The notes under the pieces are model-generated. The model made no database searches, was not told the DNA's origin, and saw only the letters and a list, made by a program, of their open reading frames with translations. From positions 20,367 through 84,366 of the forward strand of contig JAZNNC010000025.1 of the NCBI GenBank assembly GCA_045580045.1: a DNA stretch of 64,000 nt, written 5' to 3'. Position 1 is the first letter of the stretch. Each line of letters begins with the position of its first letter. This document shows positions 17,808 through 26,710 of the stretch, piece after piece. Made by a program: the position numbers and the translations under genes. The DNA is from Tidjanibacter sp. Its GTDB lineage: Bacteria; Bacteroidota; Bacteroidia; Bacteroidales; Rikenellaceae.

Positions 17808-18872
17808 TTACGCCTGCTGATTGGCTGTCGCATTTGCCGATAGTTTGCGACACACACGGCCCGCAAATCCGGGGCCCTCATAGACCACAGCCGAGTAGCA
17901 CTGAACAAGGCTCGCACCGGCAGCAAGGAGTCGTTCCACATCCTCGGCCTTCATCACACCACCGACGGCAATCACAGGGTAGCGATACTCCATTTTGCGA
18001 CACACATAGTCCACCAACTCCACCGTGCGCTCCAACAGCGGAGCACCGGAGAGCAGACCACCACTCATTCGTGCAAGTCGGCGCTCGCTCATACGCCCAC
18101 CAAGTCGGGTGGAGCCTCCTGCCACAACAAGACCATCCAGAGGGGTGTCTATGAGAATATCGACCATATCGTCAATCTGCTCCCTACTCCAATCGGGCGA
18201 CACTTTGAGCAGTATGGGGCGGTATTGGTTTTGGCCCCTGCGGAAGTCGAACAGAGCATCCAGCACCTCCCTAACTTTGGCCTTATCCACCTCCGAGTAG
18301 CGTTCGGCATCACTCACAAGTACCGACACATTGACCGTAAAGTACTCCACATATTGATAGAGGTTGCGGAAAAGGCGAAGATAGTCGGCCGTGAACTTGT
18401 CGGGCGAGGTAATGTTGCCTGCCGCAATGTTGGCTCCCACCACCACTTTTTGACCGTGGGCCCTACGGCGCAGACGCTCAATGGCCTTTTCTAGTCCGCA
18501 ATTGGGGTTTTCCATACGCTCCACAATGGCCCTATCGCGCTGAATGGCAAACATTCGGGGCTTGGGCGCACCCGATTGAGGCTTTGGAGTAAGCGAACCT
18601 ATCTCCACAAAACCATAGCCGAGGGCTCCCCACTGTCGATAGAGTTTGGCATTGGTATCAAGGCCTGCCGCTATGCCCAAAGGATTGGGAAATTTCACAC
18701 CAAAGACCTCCCTCTGCAACGAGGGCGAACGCCACGCAAAGAGTTTTTTCAGCACCCACTGACCGAAGGAGCCTCTTCCAACCACCCCCAGCAACCACAA
18801 AGCAACATTGTGCACCCTCTCCAACGGGAAAAGAAGCAGCAGAGGACGAGTTATGTTAGTGTAGAAAGACAT
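17808..18872 (-). CDS. Class 2 dihydroorotate dehydrogenase-like protein with a degenerate active site
   Basis: PyrD scaffold (NPLGIAAGLD, GFVEIGS, KVSPD, LSGAP, VGGV, GASLVQ.Y...YEGP), but NISSPNT reads NVSVLVS, NRMGFNN reads ERMENPN and TNT reads AGG. ATG at 18872 preferred. Confidence 0.8.
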   Translation of the reverse strand: MSFYTNITRPLLLLFPLERVHNVALWLLGVVGRGSFGQWVLKKLFAWRSPSLQREVFGVKFPNPLGIAAGLDTNAKLYRQWGALGYGFVEIGSLTPKPQSGAPKPRMFAIQRDRAIVERMENPNCGLEKAIERLRRRAHGQKVVVGANIAAGNITSPDKFTADYLRLFRNLYQYVEYFTVNVSVLVSDAERYSEVDKAKVREVLDALFDFRRGQNQYRPILLKVSPDWSREQIDDMVDILIDTPLDGLVVAGGSTRLGGRMSERRLARMSGGLLSGAPLLERTVELVDYVCRKMEYRYPVIAVGGVMKAEDVERLLAAGASLVQCYSAVVYEGPGFAGRVCRKLSANATANQQA

Positions 18873-19009
18873 TTTGTATCGTCTGTTTTTAATCAAAAAT
18901 TTTACAAATATAGCCAAACATTTGGGACCTTGCCCCCATTAGGTACTTTTTTTGCACATTTTGGCTTTTCGGTTTGTGGCTTTGGGAAGGAAAACGTATC
19001 TTTGAGGAT

Positions 19010-20044
19010 ATGAAAATCGTTATCGACAAATTTGTACCCTATCTGGCCGAAGTCCTCGCCCCCTACGCAGAGGTAGTGGAGATAGACGGCAGGGAGTTCC
19101 CCAAGGAGATACTCGACGATGCCGATGGGCTTGTGGTGCGCACTCGCACGAGGTGCAATGAGGCTCTGCTCGGAGGTGCCTGCAAGTTGCGCTTTGTGGG
19201 CACTGCCACCATTGGCTATGACCACATCGACCGAGAGTGGCTCGCCTCACAGGGCATCTCTTTCACAAGCGCCGCAGGTTGCAACGCACGAGCTGTCCTT
19301 CAATGGGTTGCAGGTGCGTTGGCTCACCTTGCCAAAAGGGATGGGTGGAGTCCGCAGGAGCGCACGCTGGGTGTCATTGGCATAGGGCACGTTGGCTCGC
19401 TTGTGGCCGACTATGCCAAAAGTTGGGGTTTCAGGGTACTGTGTAGCGACCCGCCACGCGAACAGGCCGAAGGGCTCGGTAGGGACGAAGGTTTTGTCCC
19501 TCTGGAAGAGTTGCTCTCGCAGAGCGACATCGTTACGCTCCACACGCCACTCCTGCGCGCAGGAGAGAACCAAACATTCCACCTCGCCAATGACGACTTC
19601 CTCGCACGATTGCACGACGGAGCTGCGTTTCTGAACGCATCTCGTGGAGAGGTGGCCGACACCTCTGCCCTACTTGCCCACGCACATCGTCTTACCCTCT
19701 GCATCGACACTTGGGAAGGAGAGCCTGACGGCATCAACAGAGAGCTCTTGAAGGTGGCCGAGATTGCCACCCCACACATTGCCGGCTATTCGGCACAAGG
19801 TAAGGCCAACGCCTCGGCCATAGTGGTGCGTGCAATGGCAAAAACATTGGGTTTAGATGCCCTTGAAGAGTGGTACCCCCGAGGGGTTCGTCCGTCGTGC
19901 CCAAGCCCCATCGGTTGGGAGGATATGTGCGCACGCATAGAGGATTATTGCCACCTCACAGAGGAGAGTCGAAGGATGAAAACACACCCCGACGATTTCG
20001 AACATAGGCGCAACACCTACCCCCTCAGAGAGGAGTTTTTCTGA
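19010..20044 (+). CDS. pdxB: Erythronate-4-phosphate dehydrogenase
   Basis: LVVRTRT, TATIGYDHID, AAGCNA, GVIGIGHVG, LHTPL, NASRG, IDTWEGEP, TPHIAGYSAQGK. Confidence 0.92.
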   Translation: MKIVIDKFVPYLAEVLAPYAEVVEIDGREFPKEILDDADGLVVRTRTRCNEALLGGACKLRFVGTATIGYDHIDREWLASQGISFTSAAGCNARAVLQWVAGALAHLAKRDGWSPQERTLGVIGIGHVGSLVADYAKSWGFRVLCSDPPREQAEGLGRDEGFVPLEELLSQSDIVTLHTPLLRAGENQTFHLANDDFLARLHDGAAFLNASRGEVADTSALLAHAHRLTLCIDTWEGEPDGINRELLKVAEIATPHIAGYSAQGKANASAIVVRAMAKTLGLDALEEWYPRGVRPSCPSPIGWEDMCARIEDYCHLTEESRRMKTHPDDFEHRRNTYPLREEFF

Positions 20045-20199
20045 TGGAAAAGAGTCGTTCCGGGGGTAAAATTTGGTTGATTGGGAAATTTTACTTATAT
20101 TCGCAGGCTATATTAAAACGAGTTAACCTTATCACAAGACCGAATACAAATTTAATTCACAACAAATAACACACATTTTTACAAAAAACAATTCACTTT

Positions 20200-22929
20200 A
20201 TGGCAAACGTAAAAAGAGTTTACACCTTTGGTGATAGGAAAGCCGAAGGTAATGGCAAAATGAGGGAGTTGCTTGGCGGTAAAGGTGCTAACCTTGCAGA
20301 GATGAACCTGCTGGGTATGCCCGTGCCTCCCGGATTTACCATCACAACCGATGTATGTACCGAGTACTACAAAGAGGGTGAGGCGAAGGTTATTGAGCTT
20401 ATCAAAGCAGAGGTAGAGGCCGCTATCAAGATGATTGAGGAGTCAACCGGTATGAAGTTCGGTGGCGAGGTTTCGCCCCTCTTGTTGTCGGTTCGTTCGG
20501 GTGCTCGTGCTTCGATGCCCGGTATGATGGATACCATTCTTAACCTCGGTATGAACGACAAGGCTGTTGAGGCTGTGGCTGCTCGCTCGGGCAACGACCG
20601 CTTCGCTTGGGACTCCTACCGCCGTTTCGTACAGATGTACGGCGACGTGGTTTTGGAGATGAAACCCGCTTCGAAACAGGACATCGACCCCTTCGAGGCT
20701 ATCATTGAGGAGGTTAAGGAGGAGAAAGGCGTGAAGAACGACGCCGAGTTGACCGCCGAGGACTTCAAAGAGTTGGTTGCACGCTTCAAGAAGGCTGTGA
20801 AAGAGCAGACCGGCAAGGACTTCCCCGTTGACCCCTGGGAGCAGCTTTGGGGTGCTATCTGCGCTGTGTTCCGCAGCTGGATGAACGAGAGGGCTATCCT
20901 CTACCGCAAACTCAACAACATTCCTCAGGAGTGGGGTACCGCAGTGAGCGTTATGGCAATGGTGTTCGGTAACATGGGCGACAACTCGGCTACCGGTGTT
21001 TGCTTCTCGCGCGACGCTGCCACCGGTGAGAACATCTTCAACGGTGAGTACCTCGTAAACGCACAGGGTGAGGACGTTGTTGCAGGTATCCGTACTCCCC
21101 AGCAGATTACCCTCGAAGGCTCGCGCAGGTGGGCTAAAGCTCAGAACATTGACGAGGCTACCCGTGCTGCTCAGTTCCCCTCGTTGGAGGAGGTTATGCC
21201 TGAGGTTTACAAAGAGCTCTGCGACATCAAAGAGCACTTGGAGAGCTACTTCAAAGATATGCAGGATATGGAGTTCACCATTCAGGACGGCAAACTCTGG
21301 ATGTTGCAAACCCGTAACGGTAAGCGTACCGGTGCCGCTATGGTGAAAATCGCAATGGATATGTTGGAGGAGGGCCTCATCGACGAGCAGACCGCTGTTC
21401 TCCGTCAGGAGCCCGAGAAACTCGACGAGCTGTTGCACCCCGTATTTGACAAACAGGCCATCAAGAGCGCCAAGGTTATCACCAAGGGTCTGCCCGCCAG
21501 CCCCGGTGCTGCTACCGGTCCCGTTGTGTTCTTCGCAGAGGATGCAGAGAAATATTTCCAAGAGCACGGTGTAAAGGCTGTGTTGGTACGTATCGAGACC
21601 TCGCCTGAGGACTTGAAGGGTATGTTGGACGCTGCCGGTATCCTCACCGCAAGGGGTGGTATGACCTCGCACGCTGCTGTGGTTGCTCGTGGTATGGGTA
21701 AGTGCTGCGTTTCGGGTGCAGGCGAGCTCAAAATTGACTACAAGACCCGCACTATCGAGATTGACGGCTTGGTAATCAACGAGCACGACTGGATTTCGCT
21801 CAACGGTTCTACCGGTGAGGTTTACCTCGGTCAGGTTGCAACCAAAGAGGCAGAGCTCAGTGGCGACTTCGGCAAGCTGATGGACCTCACCACCAAGTAT
21901 GCTCGTCTGAAAGTGCGCACCAACGCCGACTCGCCCCGCGATGCAAAGCAGGCTGTAAGCTTTGGCGCACAGGGTATCGGTTTGTGCCGTACGGAGCATA
22001 TGTTCTTCGAGGGCGACCGTATCTTGGCCGTTAGGGAGATGATTTTGGCTGACGATGAGGCCGGCCGTAGGGTTGCTTTGGCAAAACTGTTGCCTATGCA
22101 GCGTGAGGACTTCGAGGGTATCTTCGAGGCTATGCAGGGCCTGCCCGTAACCGTTCGTCTTTTGGATCCCCCATTGCACGAGTTCGCACCCCACACCGAG
22201 AAAGAGCAGGCCGAGTTGGCTGAGGTTATCGGCGTGAGCGTTGAGAAGATTGCTGCCAAAGTGGAGGCTTTGGCCGAGGTTAACCCCATGTTGGGCCACC
22301 GTGGTTGCCGTCTGGGTAACACCTATCCCGAGATTACCGAGATGCAGACAAGGGCTATCTTGGAGGCTGCGATGAACGTGAGGGAGAAAGGCGTGCCCGT
22401 GAAGGTTGAGATTATGGTTCCCCTTGTTGGTAACCACAAGGAGTTGCGCTACCAGAAGAATATCATTGACCGCGTTGCCGGCGAGATTTTCGCAGAGCGT
22501 AACGACAAGATTGACTATATGGTAGGTACTATGATCGAGATTCCTCGTGCTGCTGTTACTGCCGACCAGATTGCAGAGGTTGCTGAGTTCTTCTCGTTTG
22601 GTACCAACGACCTTACCCAGATGACTCTCGGTTTCTCGCGTGATGACATCGGTAAGTTCTTGCCCATCTACTTGGAGAAGAACATTTTGAAGGCTGACCC
22701 CTTCAAGATTTTGGACCGCAATGGTGTAGGCCGCCTCGTGCGCGAGGGCGTAACCAAGGGCCGTACTACCCGCAACAACCTCAAATGTGGTATTTGTGGT
22801 GAGCACGGTGGCGAGCCTTCGAGCGTTGAGTTCTGCCACTCGGCCGGTTTGGACTATGTGAGCTGTTCGCCTTTCCGTGTGCCCATCGCACGTTTGGCCG
22901 CTGCTCAGGCTGCTCTCAAACAGGATTAA
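20200..22929 (+). CDS. ppdK: Pyruvate, phosphate dikinase
   Basis: LLGGKGANLAEM, SVRSGARASMPGMMDT, GGMTSHAAVVARG (phospho-His), GLCRTEHMF, SFGTNDLTQ, GICGEHGG. Confidence 0.99.
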   Translation: MANVKRVYTFGDRKAEGNGKMRELLGGKGANLAEMNLLGMPVPPGFTITTDVCTEYYKEGEAKVIELIKAEVEAAIKMIEESTGMKFGGEVSPLLLSVRSGARASMPGMMDTILNLGMNDKAVEAVAARSGNDRFAWDSYRRFVQMYGDVVLEMKPASKQDIDPFEAIIEEVKEEKGVKNDAELTAEDFKELVARFKKAVKEQTGKDFPVDPWEQLWGAICAVFRSWMNERAILYRKLNNIPQEWGTAVSVMAMVFGNMGDNSATGVCFSRDAATGENIFNGEYLVNAQGEDVVAGIRTPQQITLEGSRRWAKAQNIDEATRAAQFPSLEEVMPEVYKELCDIKEHLESYFKDMQDMEFTIQDGKLWMLQTRNGKRTGAAMVKIAMDMLEEGLIDEQTAVLRQEPEKLDELLHPVFDKQAIKSAKVITKGLPASPGAATGPVVFFAEDAEKYFQEHGVKAVLVRIETSPEDLKGMLDAAGILTARGGMTSHAAVVARGMGKCCVSGAGELKIDYKTRTIEIDGLVINEHDWISLNGSTGEVYLGQVATKEAELSGDFGKLMDLTTKYARLKVRTNADSPRDAKQAVSFGAQGIGLCRTEHMFFEGDRILAVREMILADDEAGRRVALAKLLPMQREDFEGIFEAMQGLPVTVRLLDPPLHEFAPHTEKEQAELAEVIGVSVEKIAAKVEALAEVNPMLGHRGCRLGNTYPEITEMQTRAILEAAMNVREKGVPVKVEIMVPLVGNHKELRYQKNIIDRVAGEIFAERNDKIDYMVGTMIEIPRAAVTADQIAEVAEFFSFGTNDLTQMTLGFSRDDIGKFLPIYLEKNILKADPFKILDRNGVGRLVREGVTKGRTTRNNLKCGICGEHGGEPSSVEFCHSAGLDYVSCSPFRVPIARLAAAQAALKQD

Positions 22930-22958
22930 TTTCCAAAGAGGGTTTTACATATTTAATG

Positions 22959-22999
22959 CAGAGCCTGTCTAACGCTGTTAGACAGGCTCTGTTTGTTTT
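22959..22999 (+). terminator. ppdK intrinsic terminator
   Basis: 15-bp stem cagagcctgtctaac/gttagacaggctctg followed by tttgtttt. Confidence 0.85.
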
Positions 23000-23040
23000 G
23001 GAACGTCGAAAGCAGAACACCCCAAATGGCATTTACTCAC

Positions 23041-23085
23041 AAAAACAAACGTAGCCTGCCCTGACGCAAGGTCGGGCAGGCTACG
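23041..23085 (-). terminator. Terminator of the pectate lyase gene
   Basis: cgtagcctgccc...gggcaggctacg stem preceded by aaaaacaaa, which gives a U-tract on the minus strand. Confidence 0.7.
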
Positions 23086-23123
23086 CAAAAGTATGGTCGT
23101 GTGGCTATTGTGTTCTCCTCACA

Positions 23124-25358
23124 CTACTTAAATCCGTAGGCGGTACCACCAATGGTGAAGTTCTCAAACACTGCCGTAGCGGTCTTGCTATTGTCGCCAC
23201 TGCTCACGCAAAGGCCCACATAGACCTCGTTGGGCAGGCCGGTGAACGAATCACTCTTGATGTCGGCGAAGGTCGCTCCCCCGTCGGTCGATACGGAGGC
23301 GGTAAACTTCTCTCCCTCGCGCACGAGTTTCAACACCGCATTATCGCCCACTGCACTCGTCGCACCGGCTTTCTTTCCGGAATTGGCAGCAGCAGCCAAG
23401 CGGTAGTGGCTGTAATAGGCCGTAGTAATCACACCCGAAGTTGCATAGAGCAGCTCGGTACCCGAGGCGGTAATGTCGCCCGCAAGCATAATGCCTGCCG
23501 CACTCTGGTTTCCGCCCTTCTCGGAGGTGTAGGAGCGCAGGCGCACGGTGGCCTCAAAATCGCCACTCACCTTCCTCCACACATAGCCAAACTTCTGTGC
23601 TCCGCTCTCGAACTTACCGAGTGCTGTGAGCGTCAGTGCGCCATCCTCGGCCACCGAGCAGGTTGCCTGCGAGTCGTTCACCGAGGTAAGAGTCCAACCG
23701 CCACCAATCTCGCTACCCGAAGGCTCCGAAGGGGTGTCGGGAGTCGTGGGGGTGTCGCCACCACTCTCGCCACCATCACCGCTGCCACCATCGCCAGAGC
23801 TCATACCGCCATTATCCACAGCCACGGGAGCCTCGGCATAGCCCGTAAGGCGGCCCACACCTGCGCCCGTGGTAACAATCTCGGGCACTCGGTCGGCTGC
23901 ATCCACAACGTAGTCGTAGGAGGGTTTGAAGTCCTCGTAGGTGAGCGGAGTGGAGAGTTTGGAGCCACCATAGGAGGTGTACTCCACATTGGTAAAGGGA
24001 TAGGGGTCGGAGGCATCGGCAGGGATGTTGGTGTAGTGGTTTTCGTAGGCGTAGGCATAGCCCGCAACACTACCCGTGAGGTTCGACACCCAACTGCTAC
24101 CGCTCTTCTTGGCGGGATAGGTGCAGATGTCGATGGGCAACCTCACACCATCGAACGAGTTGTGCTCCACAAGCACCATTGCGCCATAGGCACTACCAAC
24201 GCCATAGGTGCTCACGTTGTCGTAGAAGTTGTTGAACACGTGGGCCTTACCAAACCTCACCCTCGGGTGGCGCGAGTTGCTGTCCTCGAACCAATTGTGG
24301 TGCATAGTGATAGTGATATCCTTGTCGGCCGACGCACTATTGGAGTGGCCCACAAGGCTACTCTTTTGGGTGCGGATGTAGTGGCACCACGAGATGGTTA
24401 CTCCGCTGGTGGCGTGGGTTACATCGCACGAGCCATCCTCGTAGTCCTTCTCCGAGTTGACACTCTCAAAGGTGCAGTGGTCCACCCACACATTGTGGCT
24501 CTCCTGCATAGAGATACCGTCGGCGCCATTATCGGCTTTGGGCTGCACTATGTAGATGTTGCGAATGATAATATTTGTGGCCTCGTTAAGGAAGAAACCC
24601 ACATTCTGCATACGGAACGAGTCGGTACCATAGAAGGTGATGTTGGAGGTGCGTTTCACATCGAACCACGGGCTACCCGTATCCCTACCGTCATTTTTTG
24701 TGAAAGTGCCACTAAGCCATACCACCGCAGGCTCGGTGCTCTTGTTTTTCTCCCTCAGTTTGAGCCAATCGCGCAGTGCGGTGCCGCTATTGAAGTGATA
24801 GACCTTGCCGCCTACGCCACCCGTAGTTTGTGCTCCGTAGCCGATAAGTGCATCCAATGGGACATTGCCCACCACGGGAGGAGCAATGGGTTCGCTCGGC
24901 TCGGTGGGGGTGTCGGGCACATCGGGCTCGGGATTATCAGGGGTGTCCGGATTCTCCGGCTCTTCGGGGTTTATGGGATTATCGGGGGTGTCGGGCTCTT
25001 CGGGCTCCTCCTCCACAGCCAAAGTTGTGGCCACAACATAAGCAGACCAATCGCTCACACTATCGTCCCTTGTGGCCCTAACGGCAAACTGATATTCACT
25101 CTCAGGGGTAAGTTCATCGAAGCGGGCCGAGCACTCGGCAGATTTGCCCGAAGTGTAGCTCTCGCCCATCTTGCAACGCCACTCATAGCCTTGCGCATCC
25201 TTTACAGCGCTCCAAGTGAGCGTGAGCGAAGTTGACGCAAGGTCGCTAACCTTCACATCCGCAGGCACATCCAACTTCAACACAACGGGAGGTTTCTCGG
25301 CACAAGCCGTCAGTAGTAGGCCAAAGAACAAGGTGGCCAAAATCGACAATCGTTTCAT
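23124..25358 (-). CDS. Modular lipoprotein pectate lyase (FN3, Pro/Glu linker, PL1 domain, Gly/Pro linker, C-terminal beta-sandwich)
   Basis: Lipobox LLLTAC; FN3 with W/Y pattern; PL1 motifs NIIIRN, DGISM, NVWVDHC (vWiDH), DGSCD and RHPRVRFG (RxPxxR). The C-terminal domain resembles DUF1349/ConA-like folds (inference). Confidence 0.88.
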   Translation of the reverse strand: MKRLSILATLFFGLLLTACAEKPPVVLKLDVPADVKVSDLASTSLTLTWSAVKDAQGYEWRCKMGESYTSGKSAECSARFDELTPESEYQFAVRATRDDSVSDWSAYVVATTLAVEEEPEEPDTPDNPINPEEPENPDTPDNPEPDVPDTPTEPSEPIAPPVVGNVPLDALIGYGAQTTGGVGGKVYHFNSGTALRDWLKLREKNKSTEPAVVWLSGTFTKNDGRDTGSPWFDVKRTSNITFYGTDSFRMQNVGFFLNEATNIIIRNIYIVQPKADNGADGISMQESHNVWVDHCTFESVNSEKDYEDGSCDVTHATSGVTISWCHYIRTQKSSLVGHSNSASADKDITITMHHNWFEDSNSRHPRVRFGKAHVFNNFYDNVSTYGVGSAYGAMVLVEHNSFDGVRLPIDICTYPAKKSGSSWVSNLTGSVAGYAYAYENHYTNIPADASDPYPFTNVEYTSYGGSKLSTPLTYEDFKPSYDYVVDAADRVPEIVTTGAGVGRLTGYAEAPVAVDNGGMSSGDGGSGDGGESGGDTPTTPDTPSEPSGSEIGGGWTLTSVNDSQATCSVAEDGALTLTALGKFESGAQKFGYVWRKVSGDFEATVRLRSYTSEKGGNQSAAGIMLAGDITASGTELLYATSGVITTAYYSHYRLAAAANSGKKAGATSAVGDNAVLKLVREGEKFTASVSTDGGATFADIKSDSFTGLPNEVYVGLCVSSGDNSKTATAVFENFTIGGTAYGFK

Positions 25359-25445
25359 ATTCAACAGAAAAATAGGTGTATAGTCTGCCGCAAAGATAGA
25401 GTTTTTCGTCTATCCTCACCACGAAAATTTATCTTAAAGATATGA

Positions 25446-26654
25446 TTATTTGTTTTTCTTGTTCGGCCACACCACCTTGGGCAACACTCCTTGCAGGTGG
25501 GCAATGGCAATGCCATAGTTGGTCATAGGCACTCCCTGTGAGGCGGCACTTGCGAGCCTCGACAGCACGTGGCGGCGGTTGAACATACACGCTCCGCAGT
25601 GTATCACAAGGTCGTAGGCGCTCAAATCGGCAGGGAAATCATCGCCACCAACAACATACACACTCAGCCCTTCGCCCACCCTCTTACGTAGCAGTCGAGG
25701 TAGTTTGACACGACCAATGTCCTCACTTGCAGGTGCGTGGGTGCAAGCCTCGGCAATCAACACGCGCGACTGCTCGGTGAGCGCATCAATGACTTTTGCA
25801 CCCTCCATAAAGGCCACACCATCACCCTTGTAGCAGGCCATAAGCACCGAGAATGACGTCAGAGGCACTCCCTCGGGCAGCACCTCGGCCACTCTGTCAA
25901 AGACCTGCGAATCGGTGATTACAAGTTGGGGAGGTTCGGCAAGCGATGATAGCGTGTGGGCCAACTCGTCAGTCTGGCAACACAAAGCCACACATCCCCT
26001 ATCAAGCAGTTCACGCAAAGTCTGCACCTGTGGTAAAATTATGCGCCCTTTGGGAGCCTGCTCGTCCTGCGGCATCACAAGCACCACCCTATCGCCACTC
26101 TTCACCAAATCACCAACAATGCTCCTCTCTTCACTCTTCACCTCTCCTGCTGCCTTGGCTATCTCTTCCAACAGAACATCCACACCAATACCTTCGGCAG
26201 CACTCACAAGCAGAGGCTCACGTCCGAGTTGGTCGCTGATGGTGCGTGCCGTATTCGTAGCCGACACCAACATATCGCACTTGCCCAAAACCACAACAAC
26301 GGGGACTTTTCGCTGGGCAAACATCGCCAGCCACTCTTTCTCCATCGTGTAGTCGGCTTGCGCACCGCACACCAACACCGCAACATCACTTCTGTCGGCA
26401 GCCCTCACCGCCTGTTCCCTGCGTGCATCGCCAAGTGCACTGTGGTCATCAAAGCCTGCTGTGTCGATGAGTGCACACGGGCCCAAAAGACCAATCTCCA
26501 TACTCTTAACTACGGGGTCGGTCGTTGTGCCCGCAACATCGCTCACAATCACAACATTTTGTCCACTGATGGCATTTATCAGCGAAGATTTGCCCGCATT
26601 ACAGCGACCAAAGAAGCCAATGTGCAGGCGTAGTGCTCTGGGTGTGGTATTCAT
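25446..26654 (-). CDS. hydF: [FeFe]-hydrogenase H-cluster maturation GTPase
   Basis: LHIGFFGRCNAGKSSLIN, DVAGTTTDPV, DTAGFDD, PKGRIILPQ, EACTH...EDIG...IHCGACM. Confidence 0.95.
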   Translation of the reverse strand: MNTTPRALRLHIGFFGRCNAGKSSLINAISGQNVVIVSDVAGTTTDPVVKSMEIGLLGPCALIDTAGFDDHSALGDARREQAVRAADRSDVAVLVCGAQADYTMEKEWLAMFAQRKVPVVVVLGKCDMLVSATNTARTISDQLGREPLLVSAAEGIGVDVLLEEIAKAAGEVKSEERSIVGDLVKSGDRVVLVMPQDEQAPKGRIILPQVQTLRELLDRGCVALCCQTDELAHTLSSLAEPPQLVITDSQVFDRVAEVLPEGVPLTSFSVLMACYKGDGVAFMEGAKVIDALTEQSRVLIAEACTHAPASEDIGRVKLPRLLRKRVGEGLSVYVVGGDDFPADLSAYDLVIHCGACMFNRRHVLSRLASAASQGVPMTNYGIAIAHLQGVLPKVVWPNKKNK

Positions 26655-26710
26655 AATTGCTTGTGTTATTTGTGATTTATTACATAGGTAATCAACAGGA
26701 AACCTCGTGG

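Noticed and set aside
20443-22839. 798-aa antisense ORF over ppdK
   Set aside because: Shadow frame of a strongly codon-biased gene; no recognisable motifs.
23406-25235. 609-aa plus-strand ORF over the pectate lyase
   Set aside because: Entirely antisense to a motif-supported CDS.
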